From Blasia pusilla (taxonomy: Eukaryota): a DNA stretch of 64,000 nt. Under the pieces are notes generated by a model. It was not told the DNA's origin and made no database searches. It saw only the letters and a list, made by a program, of their open reading frames with translations. Shown piece by piece: positions 1 through 13,200 of the stretch (position 1 is the stretch's first letter; each line of letters starts with the position of its first letter). The stretch lies in assembly GCA_050084515.1 (NCBI GenBank), contig CM114271.1:46066001-46130000 (forward strand). The letters are read 5' to 3'. Position numbers and translations under genes: made by a program.

Positions 1-3000
1 CCTATTCTTCCTTCAGAGAACCCAATAAAAGCATATTTTATATTATATCTCAAACACCAATAATATAGCAAGAGATTAGATTATGAATTGCTTTTGCAAT
101 ATAGAATATCTTCATTTGTAACATTTTCTTTCACAAATGTTCATCTTTTCTTTTGTCCGTGATTGGATCTAAATTATTTATACCATCCATCTTTGCATAT
201 AATAGCTAGATTTTAATGTATATTTCTATACATGGATCTTAGATCTTGAAGAGATCTAGAAAGAGATTAAAAAATTCTTATAGGAATGTCAAATGAAAGA
301 GTTAAAATATTGAATAATCCTATAAAAGTGAGTATATGAGGATTGTTAAAGAGGAACGAAATTTCATGAAATAAAATGATCTTGGAAGATGATTTTATTG
401 AGGGAACATAAGTTTTAATAAAATAAGGGAAATTTGAATAAAAAATTTAAATTAATCAAAATATATTTGGAGCACAATTTAAACATAAGTTGAAATATTT
501 TCATCTGAAGATAATAAAATTAATAGTTTTTATCAGAAATTGAGAAATAACTATACTATAAGAAATATGCAATAATGTACAAAAATAGTTTTGTGCTTTA
601 TTTAGTTATTTACAACTATGAATCTTTAGAGACAAGTGTATTTATATGAACTTAGCGACTTACATGTATTTGCATCGTATACATTTTATATGTCATGCAT
701 GCATGCAATAAAATTTAAAATTTTGGTCATGTGAAATTAATCTATCGCGATCTCATAAAACACTGAATGGTCACTCTTTTCTATTAATATATATCAAATC
801 ATGATGCAACTCTTGTGATGAATTATGAAAATATTTTCTGAGATTATGTATTTGAATGAGGTAAAATCTTCATGTGAAGAAGTTTTTCTAAATTGCAAAT
901 ATGTTCTAAGATCGTCAATATCATCAATCCCTAACATTACAACATACCCCCAAGAATTCCAATTTTGAAAGGTTTCCAACTTTAAGAGGACCTCATTGAG
1001 TAATAATTGATGCAATTGGAATACCTTTCAACAATTATGAGTGGATGAGAGGGAGGAAATATGTGGCATAAAAAAAAGAATGAACTCTAGTAAATCATTA
1101 AATTTTTTTCTTTGAAGGAACAAGTAAGAAGGTTTTGAGTGACTCTTATTAGAGTTGCTCAAAGCTCTAGAGTTAAGAATTATAGCTTGCTCCATCAAAC
1201 TTGAACTCATCACGGCATTTGGCTGCAAAGGATGATGACAAGTTGGAGGCATATGAATCATGAAAATAAGATCCATCATGGGTAGATTTTCCATTAACAA
1301 GCTTATTCATGGGCAAGCACACATTTTCGTGCTTGCTTCCCCATGTGTCCCTAAGTCGAAACGTAAAAGTGAGTTTGGAAGTCCCAAATTTATTTTGGCA
1401 TGAATGTCCTAGACTAAAAAATGTTTTTGGCATTGAAGGTCACATTCATAGCTTTATGCGAGAAACTATTGATGACATGCTAAAGGAAATGCCACATGCA
1501 TAGCTCTACTTACATTCTTAACAACATTATGCTCAAGGAAATGCATATGTTTAGGCTCCATGGATAAGAATGAGCTCCAAATTGTTCTTGGCGAAAACAT
1601 CCAAATTTGTAATTCAATCACCTATTGAGGCCATTTGAGATGGTGGCCTAATTGATTATCACACATATACGATTGGCAACTCCACTAGTGTGAGACCTAC
1701 TTATATCCAAATCTTGTCACTCTCTTATAATATTCTTTTCAAAGCTTTACAGGCTATTTTAACTCTAGAGCAAAATTTAATTTTTTAGTTGATCAAGCGA
1801 ACACGTGAAAGAGTTAGTGCAAAGATTTTCCACTCGCAGAATTAGGGGTTTAAGCCAATCTCATTACTGTCCCTTCAGACACTCCCCAAATTTTCCTATC
1901 CATCTAGAGTATCCACGTGTCCTCCACACGTCTTCACTCATTAATTTCTCTCCTGTGCCTCTCAAAGGGCCGTAGACTAGTTGCATGATTAAGTCCATCC
2001 ATACAAGGATGCAAATGTTCGTCACCTTTGGTCCTTTGCCAAGCCCAAAAGTCATAGCCCTTTCCAAAGTTGACCCCATTCTACTCTAACTCTTCACAAC
2101 CATTTCATTACATGGACCCTAACTCTCACCCTAGTATTAGGATTTAGCAACCCCAGTATCCCAAATAATAATAATAATAATAATAATAATTATTATTATT
2201 ACCCTCTAAACATTTTTCCCCCATCCAACTCATGTGTCCTCCACAAATATGTAGCAATTAATTTCTTACCCCACACTGCAATTAATTTCTTCATGCAAAC
2301 CGGTTATTATTATCTAAACAGTTTTTATTAGGACTAAATGGTTAACCCTATTTGGTTTTCGTCTCCTAAAATCCTTAATTTTTTGTCGTAGGTTATATTT
2401 GGTTTAGGAAAAACGTTGAGTTTGGGTTAAAGAAAGTCCAGAAATACGGATGATAAGCTGTTAAAAGTGGCGCTTTTCCCTCCCCATTAACTTCCGGAGA
2501 ATATTTTGGAATATTCAGTATCCTCGAGCCCCAAATAGAGCTCCGCTGGAGCCGCATGACTGAGAGAATCTTGGGAATCGAATCCTCGGTGGCCCCCGCC
2601 CTCGTGTGATGTGGACAGCAGGGAGGGCCCACCGGCGGCCAATGGTATCGATCCTCGTCACAGTCCACGTTCGTTGCGAGGCGATGACGAGTCAACATTT
2701 GCGTGAGCTGGAGGCGGGAGTTGTCAAGCCATTGACTGGCGCAGGAAATCCTACATGCAAGGGTCAACAGTGGGGGAAATCCTAAAGCCCGGACCCTAGA
2801 TGAAGGAACGTCCCCCCAACAACGCTGTACATTTATGCGTTTTTTTCGAATAAAATATCAAACAATATAACCAAATTATTATTATTTTTTAAACTAGTAG
2901 TTTTTGTTGTTGTTTCTTCGTTTACACATAGCACTCACTCACTCACTTTACATCCCCATCATGCATCGAAAGTTGTGATTGTGTCCCCCCCACCCCATTC

Positions 3001-3970
3001 CACACACTAACATCATCAACCCAAAGCACAACATTTCTTGCTGCCCCTCCCCTCTCCACCTCCACAAGCAATTCCACCTTGTCGAGTTTCTCCCATGACC
3101 ACCACTCCCAACAGAATTCAACGTCCATTGATTCCCCAGGAGTGAGTGAATTTGGAAAGAAGAACAAGTAGATAATAATAATAATAATAGTGAAAATTTA
3201 ATGGTGCTGCAAAAGTAATGAAGGGATGAGAAAATGCCCCCTCCCCCCCTTTTGGGGTCTACAATCTCCTCTTGCTCACGTTGTCATGCTGTGGAGAGAG
3301 AAATAAAGAGACATGTAATAGAGAAAACGTTGACATTTCTCACGAAGGACCATTGGGAGATGGATGGAAGGAAGGAAGGAAGGTTGATTTAAATGGGATG
3401 GGAATTGTTGTAGTGTTTCGATGCATTTAAGAAGCTTTGGTTGGATGCTCAACTCGGTTGTCAAAAGAATGATCTTGGAAAGGATTTTCTTCGTGAATGG
3501 AATCATCGTTCGTAGAGAAAGTCTCAAAGATCAAGACAACTCTTCATGCCCATTTTCTGCTCGAGAAAGTGCAATCAAAATAATTGCATTTACACGACTT
3601 CTGATGTTATTAAGAACATCCCCTCCCTTTTCACGATGTCATGTTCGACCTAATTAGGGCGTTTAGGAAAATAGGGACGTTGACATCTGTCGACATCATT
3701 ATGTGGTGGAAAATAGGGGCGTTTGTTTCGTTTGTGAGGAATAGTCTCCCAATGCATTCATTCATTCATTCATTTCACTCCTTTTGAGACTCAACTTATT
3801 CCCTATGTCACAAGCCCAAAATGGACACCGAGTGCCCACAAATGTGGTAAAGCCTTTCATTTGCCATAGGAGTGGGGGAGGGAACGTGTGGGGAAACGGA
3901 ATCTGAAACAGGAATGCAAAAGGTGTGGTGGTGGTGAAAGATGAGGGACAAATTTCTTGGTATATGTTAT

Positions 3971-4360
3971 GTATTAGTACATGTTTATAATTTTCACAAT
4001 CACACCAAAAAAGCATTTATAATAGTAAGAATAGTAATCATAATAATAATACATGAAAAGATTATTCCTAAAAAAGGAAAGAAGACCCCCTAGTAGATTT
4101 TACTCTTGGAGAATCTAATGGTTCGGATTTTTTAATGGGTTTATCAAAATGAAATGGGTGGACATGATTGTATTAGTACGTGCTTATAATTTCCACAATT
4201 ACACCCCAAAAATATGTATAGTAATAATCATAATAATAATATATGAAAAGATTATTCAAAAAAAGGAAAGAAGACCCCTAGTAGATTTTAATATGGGAGA
4301 ATCTAATGGTTCAGATTCTCTAATCCGTTCAACAAAATGGAATGTGTGGACGTGATTGTG
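3971..4360. repeat. Tandem duplication, two diverged ~195-bp copies
   Basis: The block ...atgaaaagattattc...aaaaaaggaaagaagacccc(c)tagtagatttta...ggagaatctaatggttc...gtggac(a/g)tgattg occurs at ~3971-4170 and again at ~4171-4360. Confidence 0.85.
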
Positions 4361-5413
4361 GAAACGGGGAATGTGGGGTCAAAGATGCCGTTCCACTTTT
4401 GGTGGAGTTGGGGACTTGGAAGAAAAGAAACAATTATGTATGCATGATTATCACACTAAATGGGGAAATAGTGCTCACCATCATCATCATAACAATTTGT
4501 TGGGTAATATGTATTTCTACTAGAATATGAACATGAAGAAAACCCATTGAATTTGTAAAAAAAATAATTTTAAGATTTTTTTCTTTATGGACTTTCATAT
4601 CCAAGAAGAGTCTTGAGGTCTTAATGGGGCATCTCATTTGGAGGATGTAAATTTTTTGAAAGTCTTGAAAACCCTTCACCGTAAAATAGGGACGGTTTTC
4701 ATTTATTCCGAGGAACTTCAAACTTGATAGATTCTATAATTTGGAGGGCATGTGACTTAAATACACATACACATATGTCTTCAACGTCCGGCCGTAGGAG
4801 ATGAGTGTCCACCTCGGACGGTGCCCCACACCCACGCATGACATTTGACCTTACAAAGAGTTACGACTTCATATGTCTGACCTTAGAACACGTTTTTTGA
4901 TATGCCTTGATAGCATTTTCACAGTTTGGGATGTTGAATGTTGTATTAAGGCTATATTTCTTTTTTTTCTCAATGACTAGAACGAGTCATTGTGTCTATT
5001 TCTTCCAATCAGTCGCTAAATTTTCCTTCCTCCCTTTCAACCATTGAAACATTTTGTACCTTACTTTTTCTTACATCGCACAAGCCATTTAACACAAGTT
5101 TAGAAAGATGACGCCTTAGTTATGGGGGGAGTCCATGTTTGGAGAAACGGGGACCTATTTCTCTAGACATTACTCTAAACAGAGTTTTAACATCCATTAT
5201 AGCAACTGGATTTTGTCCTCTTCAGCGTGATATTATTTTTTAATTATTTTAGATTATGAAATATATAATATTATTAATTCACATCCACACACTTCATCCT
5301 CGGACTTCTCTCTTGCCGGAGAGAAAGGAATAGCCCTAGTAGTTCGAAATAAAAGATTTCCTCCTCTTTCCAACAACTCATACTTTTCTTGTTCTACTTA
5401 CAAAAATTGACAA

Positions 5414-5561
5414 AATGCCTAATACTTTCAGTTTCCCAAACCCCCCTCGTTTTGCTTTGAGCCGCCCTATTAAAAATACACACCATATAATGCCTGATAC
5501 TTTCAGTTTCCCCACTCCCATCGTTTTGGTTTGAGCCGCCCTATTAAAAAATACACATCAT
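5414..5561. repeat. Tandem duplication, two ~74-bp copies
   Basis: aatgcct(a/g)atactttcagtttccc...tcgttttg(c/g)tttgagccgccctattaaaaa...tacaca occurs twice back to back. Confidence 0.9.
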
Positions 5562-8500
5562 TTCTATCTCTAGAATTTGAGCAGGTTGTTCTCATCCTTT
5601 CAAAATAACCAAATTAGCGTTTTAACCTGACGATTATTGGTTGGGATTACGCCGAGTTTCAGTGGTCAGATCCATTCGAAAACGGCAATAGCTCACTCAG
5701 ACTGAGACTCACCCACTGGAGTAGTAGATAAAGAGAATAAACATATATATAGAAAAAGGATGGGAAACCCATCATGATACAAAAGAGGGAGCATGCAGAC
5801 CCAAAAAATAGACCTCAAGAGGTCAAACCGGCCCCAAGGAGAAAGAAGGGGGCATTCCCTAACGACCAAAATCACCAACAACAGAGACAATATCAACAAC
5901 ACCTAGAGAACTATGACTATTACTAAATGGGCCTCTAGCATTGGCGTCTCCAACCACCTGAGTCCGCCGCAGAAGCCCATTTGTCTGGGCACGCTGCAAA
6001 ACTATGGAGACCCGTTGCCTACAATAAAAGATCGCAATGACTAAAGACAATCCATTTTTCGACGGGAGATGATGGACGTAATCCGTAAAAAACGAGTCAA
6101 ACCTCTCCTCCCATCGCCCCGAACATCTCAATGGTTAGAAGATAAATCGTAGTAGTAGAAGGGTGCCATACAAGCACGTGGACGTGCCAACTGGCACACC
6201 GCCGTCCATGGATGGATTATGCACCGCGATCGGGACGGACGCTGACGGACGGACGGACGGCCCGAATTCAACGGCAGCTTGCGACAGACATCCTGTGGAG
6301 GTGAGTCGTGATTCTAACAACGACACCACCCCCACGCACTAACAGATCGTCTCCGGCGCGAGGATTCTCCCGCCGGTGGCGATGGCGACGGATCGCTCGA
6401 GAGCCTGCCCGTCGTTGCGAGCAGGGAAGCCTTCAGAAACGACTCCTTTTCTCAATCAATCAATCCGACCCAAGATGTCCTGCTCACCTGAAGAATGTCA
6501 CAAACTGCGCAATGCGCATTAGGTTCAGCTCCTTCTTCCTCTCTCTCTCTCTCTCTCTCTCTATACTCGTGCAGTGGCGTGAAATCGACATCCACACTTC
6601 TTTTCCGCTTGAGGAGGTGGAATTCGGCGGGTTTTGCGGACTATGGATGGAGGTCGTCTCACGCGCAGCAGCGGAGGAGTGTAGGGATGTGGAATGCGGA
6701 ACTCCTCGAGTCCGCATTGATCCTGGAAGCGTCACAGCGCGCAGCAGCTACAGGGCTTGCAAGGACGCTCGTCTGTGTTTGGACTGTGGAAGGTTTGTGG
6801 ACCACAGAGACCTCGCTGTACTTACCAGACAGAGAGGAAGAATGCTACGCGAGTCCGTGCAGAGCCCGGCGATCGTCGGGCGAGCGCGAAGAGCGGATGA
6901 GAGCCTGAGGCGCAGTAGGGGAGGGGGCAGGGAGTAGATGCTGGAACGAGTGCGGGAGCCACAATCGCCAGGGCTGCGGTGCTGCGAATATAAATAATTT
7001 TGCGATTGTCTGGCAATGATGCTGTCAAATGGCGTTGAGTGTTGGAAGGACTCAGGGAGCAATCCTGTACCGTCGTTGGACGAATGACAGACAGACAGAC
7101 AGATCCAACTTTTTCTTCACGGAAAGAATGTCAGAATCAGTAAGCGCAACCCCGTCGCCACCCTGAGTGCTCAGAGGGCAGCTATCCTATCTCCTGCCTA
7201 GATTCCATCGTCATCTCGGGAATTCGGCGACAATGTGGTGAAGAATTCCAATTTTCCATCATTCGGCGGGGCACCAACGGTTTCCCTTCGAGAGAAGACG
7301 GTCATGTCACGCTCACGACGTCCGTCATTTCGAAACTCCGCAGAGCTAGCCGCCGGAGCACCTACTGGCAACCATAGCTCCTAGACAGAGAGACAGATGC
7401 CTTCGCCCTGCGCCTGGCTCTGGCCTTCGGGCAGTTCATGGATATGTATGTCTCGTTAACCTGGCAATAATTCAGTCTGTTAAGGCTGGAGTCTGAAATG
7501 CCGATCGGACTGCACCTTCTGCAGTGGAGCAGGGAGGGAGGGACCGGACCGGACCGCTTCTCTCCGGCGAGGAGAGAGCGGGCAACTCGTGCTCTCCTCC
7601 GCTCCTCCCCCACGGAATGGAGCCGCATTGGCAAAAAAAAACGCAGTCGGTCAGGTCGGGTCAGGTCAGGTGCGTCCGAGGATCGCAGAATGACGGCGGT
7701 GATTCTCTGGGGAGCGGCATGCGAATTCCGCCGCGTCATACCGAGAAGAGCGATCTCCTCGGTTGCACCGCGAGAGGAGAGAGTGCCACGCGCAGACATT
7801 CGCGTCGGTACTCCGGGGATGGATGGAACTCGAGAAAAAGACACACACACGTCTGTTTTCTCCCCATGTGCACTCTGATCTCGGGAGTTCTGACTCCATT
7901 CCTTCGAGGTCGTTGGCTCATGATCCTCACTTCGAAATCGCTCGTCTCGGATCTTGCTGAAATCGCCTCCCCTTCAAAGCGGGAGAAAACAGAACAACTC
8001 CACCACACGTGTGCTCAAAAGCTAAATTCGGCCCCCACGATCTTCTTGAGTTTTTCCTCTAGATCTGCTTCCCTCTCAAGATTCTCCCCTCCTCCTCCTT
8101 CCCTTTTCGGCCCTAGAAGCATCCTCTTTCCGCCGCACTCCCTATAGGTGCTAGCTTAGCCCTCTGTCAGTGACTTCATCCATCTAGAGGCCGAGGATAT
8201 GAGGATGTCCAGCTCTCGCGGATTGGAAGTCCGCACGCGACCCAGTTCTCACATGGAAATGGGAATGAAACGAGCATGGACTCCGTCGGTATCCCCTCCC
8301 CCTCTGGTGGTGGTTGTCCGGGCGAGTTGAGAGGCGCACCGCCGCAGTGCCGACGAGGGCCGCTTCGTTTCGTTTCGCAGACGGCGCGGAGGCGTGGAAT
8401 TCCGGATGGCGCCGATGACAAGTGTTTCAAGACACGCGATGAGGAATCTGAGAGATCCGGCGGTCGCCCACCATCGGTCGCAGGAGCTGAACCGCAGCGC

Positions 8501-8779
8501 CACCCAAGTGTCCCGACTCCCGCGAGGAGTTGAGAGAAAGGCGGGGGATCGTGGACGGAACTGAATCGAACACGTCTGCGATCCAGCGGTTCAATGATGC
8601 ATGGAGCACACCTCTCCGCTGGAGTGTGTGTGCGGGCACGTGCGGACGGGACTGCTTCGCGGTCGTGCCAACCGCGGAGACCCGACTGCAAAGAGAGAGA
8701 GAGAAAGAAAGAGCACACCAAGCTTCTTGTCGATTTGAGGGTCCACCCTCATTGTGATCACCTCTTTCCTCGGAGACAG

Positions 8780-9010
8780 TCTGTCTTCCTCGAGAAAAAC
8801 TTTCTACGCGTGAGACTTGCAGAGCAGAGGCTTCATGAGAAAATCTCTTATCCTCGAGAGAAACTTTTTCGTGGGTGACTTGAAGAGCAGAGGCTTCATG
8901 AGAAAATCTCTCATCCTCGAGAGAAATTTTTTCGAGTGTGACCTGTACAGCAGAGCCGTCATGAGAAAATCTCTCTTCCTTGAGAGAGAAGCTTTCTTCG
9001 CGTGTCACCA
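8780..9010. repeat. 63-bp tandem repeat (~3.5 units), in-frame 21-aa repeat
   Basis: agcagag(g/c)c(t/g)tcatgagaaaatctct starts at 8823, 8886 and 8949 (period 63). The minus-strand ORF 8427-9011 reads VTLEKISLEDERFSHEASALQ repeats. Confidence 0.9.
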
Positions 9011-10231
9011 CCGACCTGTAGAGCTCGAGAGGTACACTGCTCGTCGCCGAGAGCGTGAGAGTCTCCCAGGACGAAGAGCGGGGGGGATGCCTGTGGCTGA
9101 GGCAGGATGAGAAAAACGGCAGACGTCATTATTGCAGCGATTCCCAAGAGCGAGATCCGCCGCTTTAGGTGGCGAGAAGCATGCGTCATTCGAAGGTACC
9201 CCGGGTACACACGTCGTGTAGTCTGTTAAAAGCGTAAAGGTTCGAAACCCCTGGAGAGCATCAACTGCAGGGCAGGGGGCCGCACGTTGAAGAGGGCCAC
9301 GGAAGCGTGTGGGACATGCGACATTCTCACTCCGCATAACCAGAGTATGCCATTTCAGTCGACTGCCGCAGCTATCCACTGAATGTAGATTCGACTTACG
9401 GTCCCATGCGGTCGTTACTCCATATCCCAAAGCCCTCCTATTGCAGTACCATGAAGTTGTCATCCCATATCTCTTACAGTCTACGATTCCGCAATAAACG
9501 AGTGTTCTGAACCTGGGCAGCAAACGTATAGAAAATATCTTAACAGAAATCGCATACAAAGGATCCTCTCAGCAATCGAATGCACAGGGTGTGCCTGGAG
9601 CTTGAATGAATGCTCCTAATCTCAGCTGCGAGCAATCGCATACCCCTAGAGGGTCCCTGGAGCCTGAATGACTGCTCTAATTTTGGTGTACGGGCACCCG
9701 AGAGAATCTGAGACTCAGCGATAGTATGAGGAGCGGAAGAAGATGGTCATTTCTTACAGTGTACATGTTTACTACTTCAACAGATCGTGACACTGGATCA
9801 ACAACACCTCTCGATCAGAAAAGAAACCGGCAAAAAACAAGGTAATGTATGTAATGGTACAAGGTAATGCCCAAGGTTACAATCCATATACAACTATTTT
9901 CTCAAAGCTGTTACTAGACACAGCTAGTCTTGGCCGATATACAGGTACTCTTCCTGACGCCCAGCTGGTTGCAAGGTTCGGTCACAATTACAGAAACATT
10001 GACACTTAGATCTATAACATTCCTCCCATCAATGAAGGGGTGTATTTATACCTACTATTATCTTAGTCGGCATCACATCTTCTCGATAATCCCCATAATA
10101 CAAGGGATACAAGCACTCATGGAAAAATATCAGCGCTAATACAAGCAGTTAGATCCAGGATAAGGGAAGAAAGAAAGAAGAGCATCCATGCCCCATCCGG
10201 CAGGGATACAGCAGCATGAAGCACGTGCAGT

Positions 10232-13200
10232 TCAAAATCTCCCCAACATCCTTCTTGTACCTACATTAAGAACTGCGGGGACTATAAGCCTCAATCTACC
10301 TATCTTCGTCGCATATTTACCAATTGCCACCTTGTAGCTTGACCGCTCCTTCATCCTCTTCCAATAATCCGCAAGGTGTTGTCGTGTCTGGATCAATTCC
10401 TTACCTCGGTTCAGCTGGTCAATCCGTGCTAGCACAGGTATGAAAACAACATCAGCCATGGAAAAGTCCTGGCCAGCAAGAAACTTAGAGTTTGCCAGCT
10501 CCGATTCTGCAGCATCCAGTAGGCTGATTAGCTGCTCCATGTTTGCAGCTATTGCCTCGATATCTGCACGCTTAGCCTCAAATTCATGCATGCTGTTGAG
10601 CTTGGCATGATACTTTCCAGCCAAGTCAGGGTATTTGGCCATTCTTGCAATCACCACTCGTCTCCTGAATCTGCTAAAAAACTTTAGCAGGCGTTCAGGA
10701 TAGTGAGAAAGAGTAAATGGTTTGGAATCCCAAGAATCTGCTTTTACCAGCCACTCTTGTACTAAATCCCGATTCACCTTATCTCCACCCAGAGTGTTGT
10801 TCACACCGTCGATGTATCTGTAAAACAAATATACAAAATTTGCTGTTGAGGATATCATCATCAAATCACTGAAATGGGCACATGCTTGAAGATCACTAGT
10901 GTAGAAACTACAGCCACAAAACCAGGAATGGGAGGATCATTTATTTTACAAAGACATGAACAGAACCGCGCCATTACTGGACCTGTGTAATTCATCGTGG
11001 TTTATATCTCAGTAGGAAATGCTCACTTTCACAGTTTGGCCATTGAGAGCAACTAGAATCTGATGAGATACAATATAGTGTCCCCTAGAAGGTAGTACCC
11101 AGGATATGGACCCTAGTTCACCAAACCAGGACATGCGGACCTGTCTGTACATTGTTAGACACAAGACTTCATAGAGAGCACTTTGAGAAACAATTGCAAA
11201 CCCTCCACATCAAACACATAACATACCCAAGACTTAATACCCAAGAACTGCAAGGCTTACTCTACATTTCGCCAGAGCATCAGGTGGAAAAGAAGATAAG
11301 AAAATGAAGGAGTCTAAGAGTCAAGAGAGATAACACAACTACCAGAATCTATTTAAAAAAAACACGGCATACCCTGATGACATCAGTTGTAATGCCTTTC
11401 CTTGAGTATACACGACCAGTGCTTACATATACAGAAAACACTTTCAAGTTCAGAAAATCAATCCAACACTTGGAATCCCAGTAACATACTCCTGGTCAGC
11501 ATCTTCATTGACAAGCATCACTTTCAAGATGATATTATAGCTCGAAGTCTGCAACATGATTCAAAAAGAATAATGTATATTAATCTAGAATCAATACTTG
11601 TATATTCATCGTGAAGGATGCCAGTAAGTGTACACGGAGGAGACTAAAACGGGAAGAAAATGGAAGTATTTGCAACAATCCCAGAGAGAAATGTACTCAC
11701 TACCTTCAAGATGAATTCCACACTTTATTTCTTATCAGCAATAGACCTCGCATCCTGAACTCTTGATGATTTGTGTGCCCATTAATCTTGCCAGCCCTTC
11801 AAGGTGAGCAACCGATATCCTCCCCACCTCCCTTTTCTTTAGTAAGAGAGGTGACCCTAACCTCAGCTGAGAGCACCAGAAATGAGAGGTGCAGAAAACG
11901 ATTCTTGTAGGGGTCCAGATTTGGAACAACCGTTCACTCAGGATTCCAAATTTAAGAGGGCTCTTGGTATGCATCTCATGCTTTGATTTTTTCAATACAT
12001 ATCCCAAGCTTTACGTGGAATCAGTACACGTCTTTCCATGCACTAGTGAGGAACTCGGGTGTGTTTCTGGCGGCCTTTTCATTTTGTAAAAGCCAGTGAC
12101 GATGTACTCGCAGAGCACTGTATGGTGCGTCTCGTCTTGTCAATGGACAGACGCAAGAACTTCAGTAGCTGACTTTAAAAGAGTGAAATACTGAAGGCTA
12201 GGATATGGGTCAGATGGCATATAGGTCTTCACAAGCAACCTTGTAACTCCCTCATTCCAAAAAGATGTACTTTTCAGGTTAGTTATCAGTTCGCACTTCT
12301 ACCTCAGGCTAGAAAGTAAATACAAAAATCTGCAGTTGATCATTGATAATATTAAATGGAAGCCAACATATTTCTTTGAAAAATTCCTGTACCATGGAAA
12401 AAAATGGAGAGATCTAAGACCATTTTGGCTACCTGAAACAAGTTGAAGCAGTTATTGAATTTAGGTTTCGTTCATGTTCAGAGGAGAAAGGCTTTCTGGA
12501 ACCTACTGTCCCACAAAAGAAGGGTCATATAGACTACATTTGATATCCAACACTACTCACACTCTCGGGAAGATAAAATCCAGTAAGAGATTGGTTACAA
12601 CCAATACCTCCTCTAATTCTAAATGACCCCAGCTCCTTAGAGATGGCTGAGAATTGGATAAGTTGGGGCTTTGGGGGGTGATGGACTAAATAAACTTTCA
12701 CAAACAAACCATGGAGCAACATTTGGAGATAATTTTTTTAAAGCAAAAAACATGCCAATTTAGAATACAGAACCTGCAAGAAAAGAAGGGAATAGAAATA
12801 GGCATACAAAATTGATTGCCACAGATTCCTCATGTTCATGAACTGTGGACTCTACGGACCTAGAGTCCTCATCTGACGGCCTACAAGCAAGGACCCTGAG
12901 ATTGCGACCAACTTAAATCCATGCACTAGTTAACAAGAGACCAAAATTCCAAGGATATTTTGTACTGTCATGAAGACAGCCTTTGATCATACTGGGTCCA
13001 AAGGTTCTCAGGGATCTCATAGGACCATGAGATGGACCAAGTCTTAACAAGAATCAAGGAATTAAAGAGTACGAAGCTCACCAGCTGCACTGACCAAGGG
13101 TTTGAGGGAAAGACGTACGGCAGGAGGTGCAAGAAGCACCAGAGCCAAGTCACAAGCAATCTGACATAACCAGACCCAGAACAAAGCACCGCATCTCACC

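Noticed and set aside
1-2300. Decayed DNA-transposon coding sequence (also 40800-43000 and 55600-57100)
   Set aside because: AT-rich and TE-like, but I could not read a convincing motif by eye; needs a frameshift-aware homology search.
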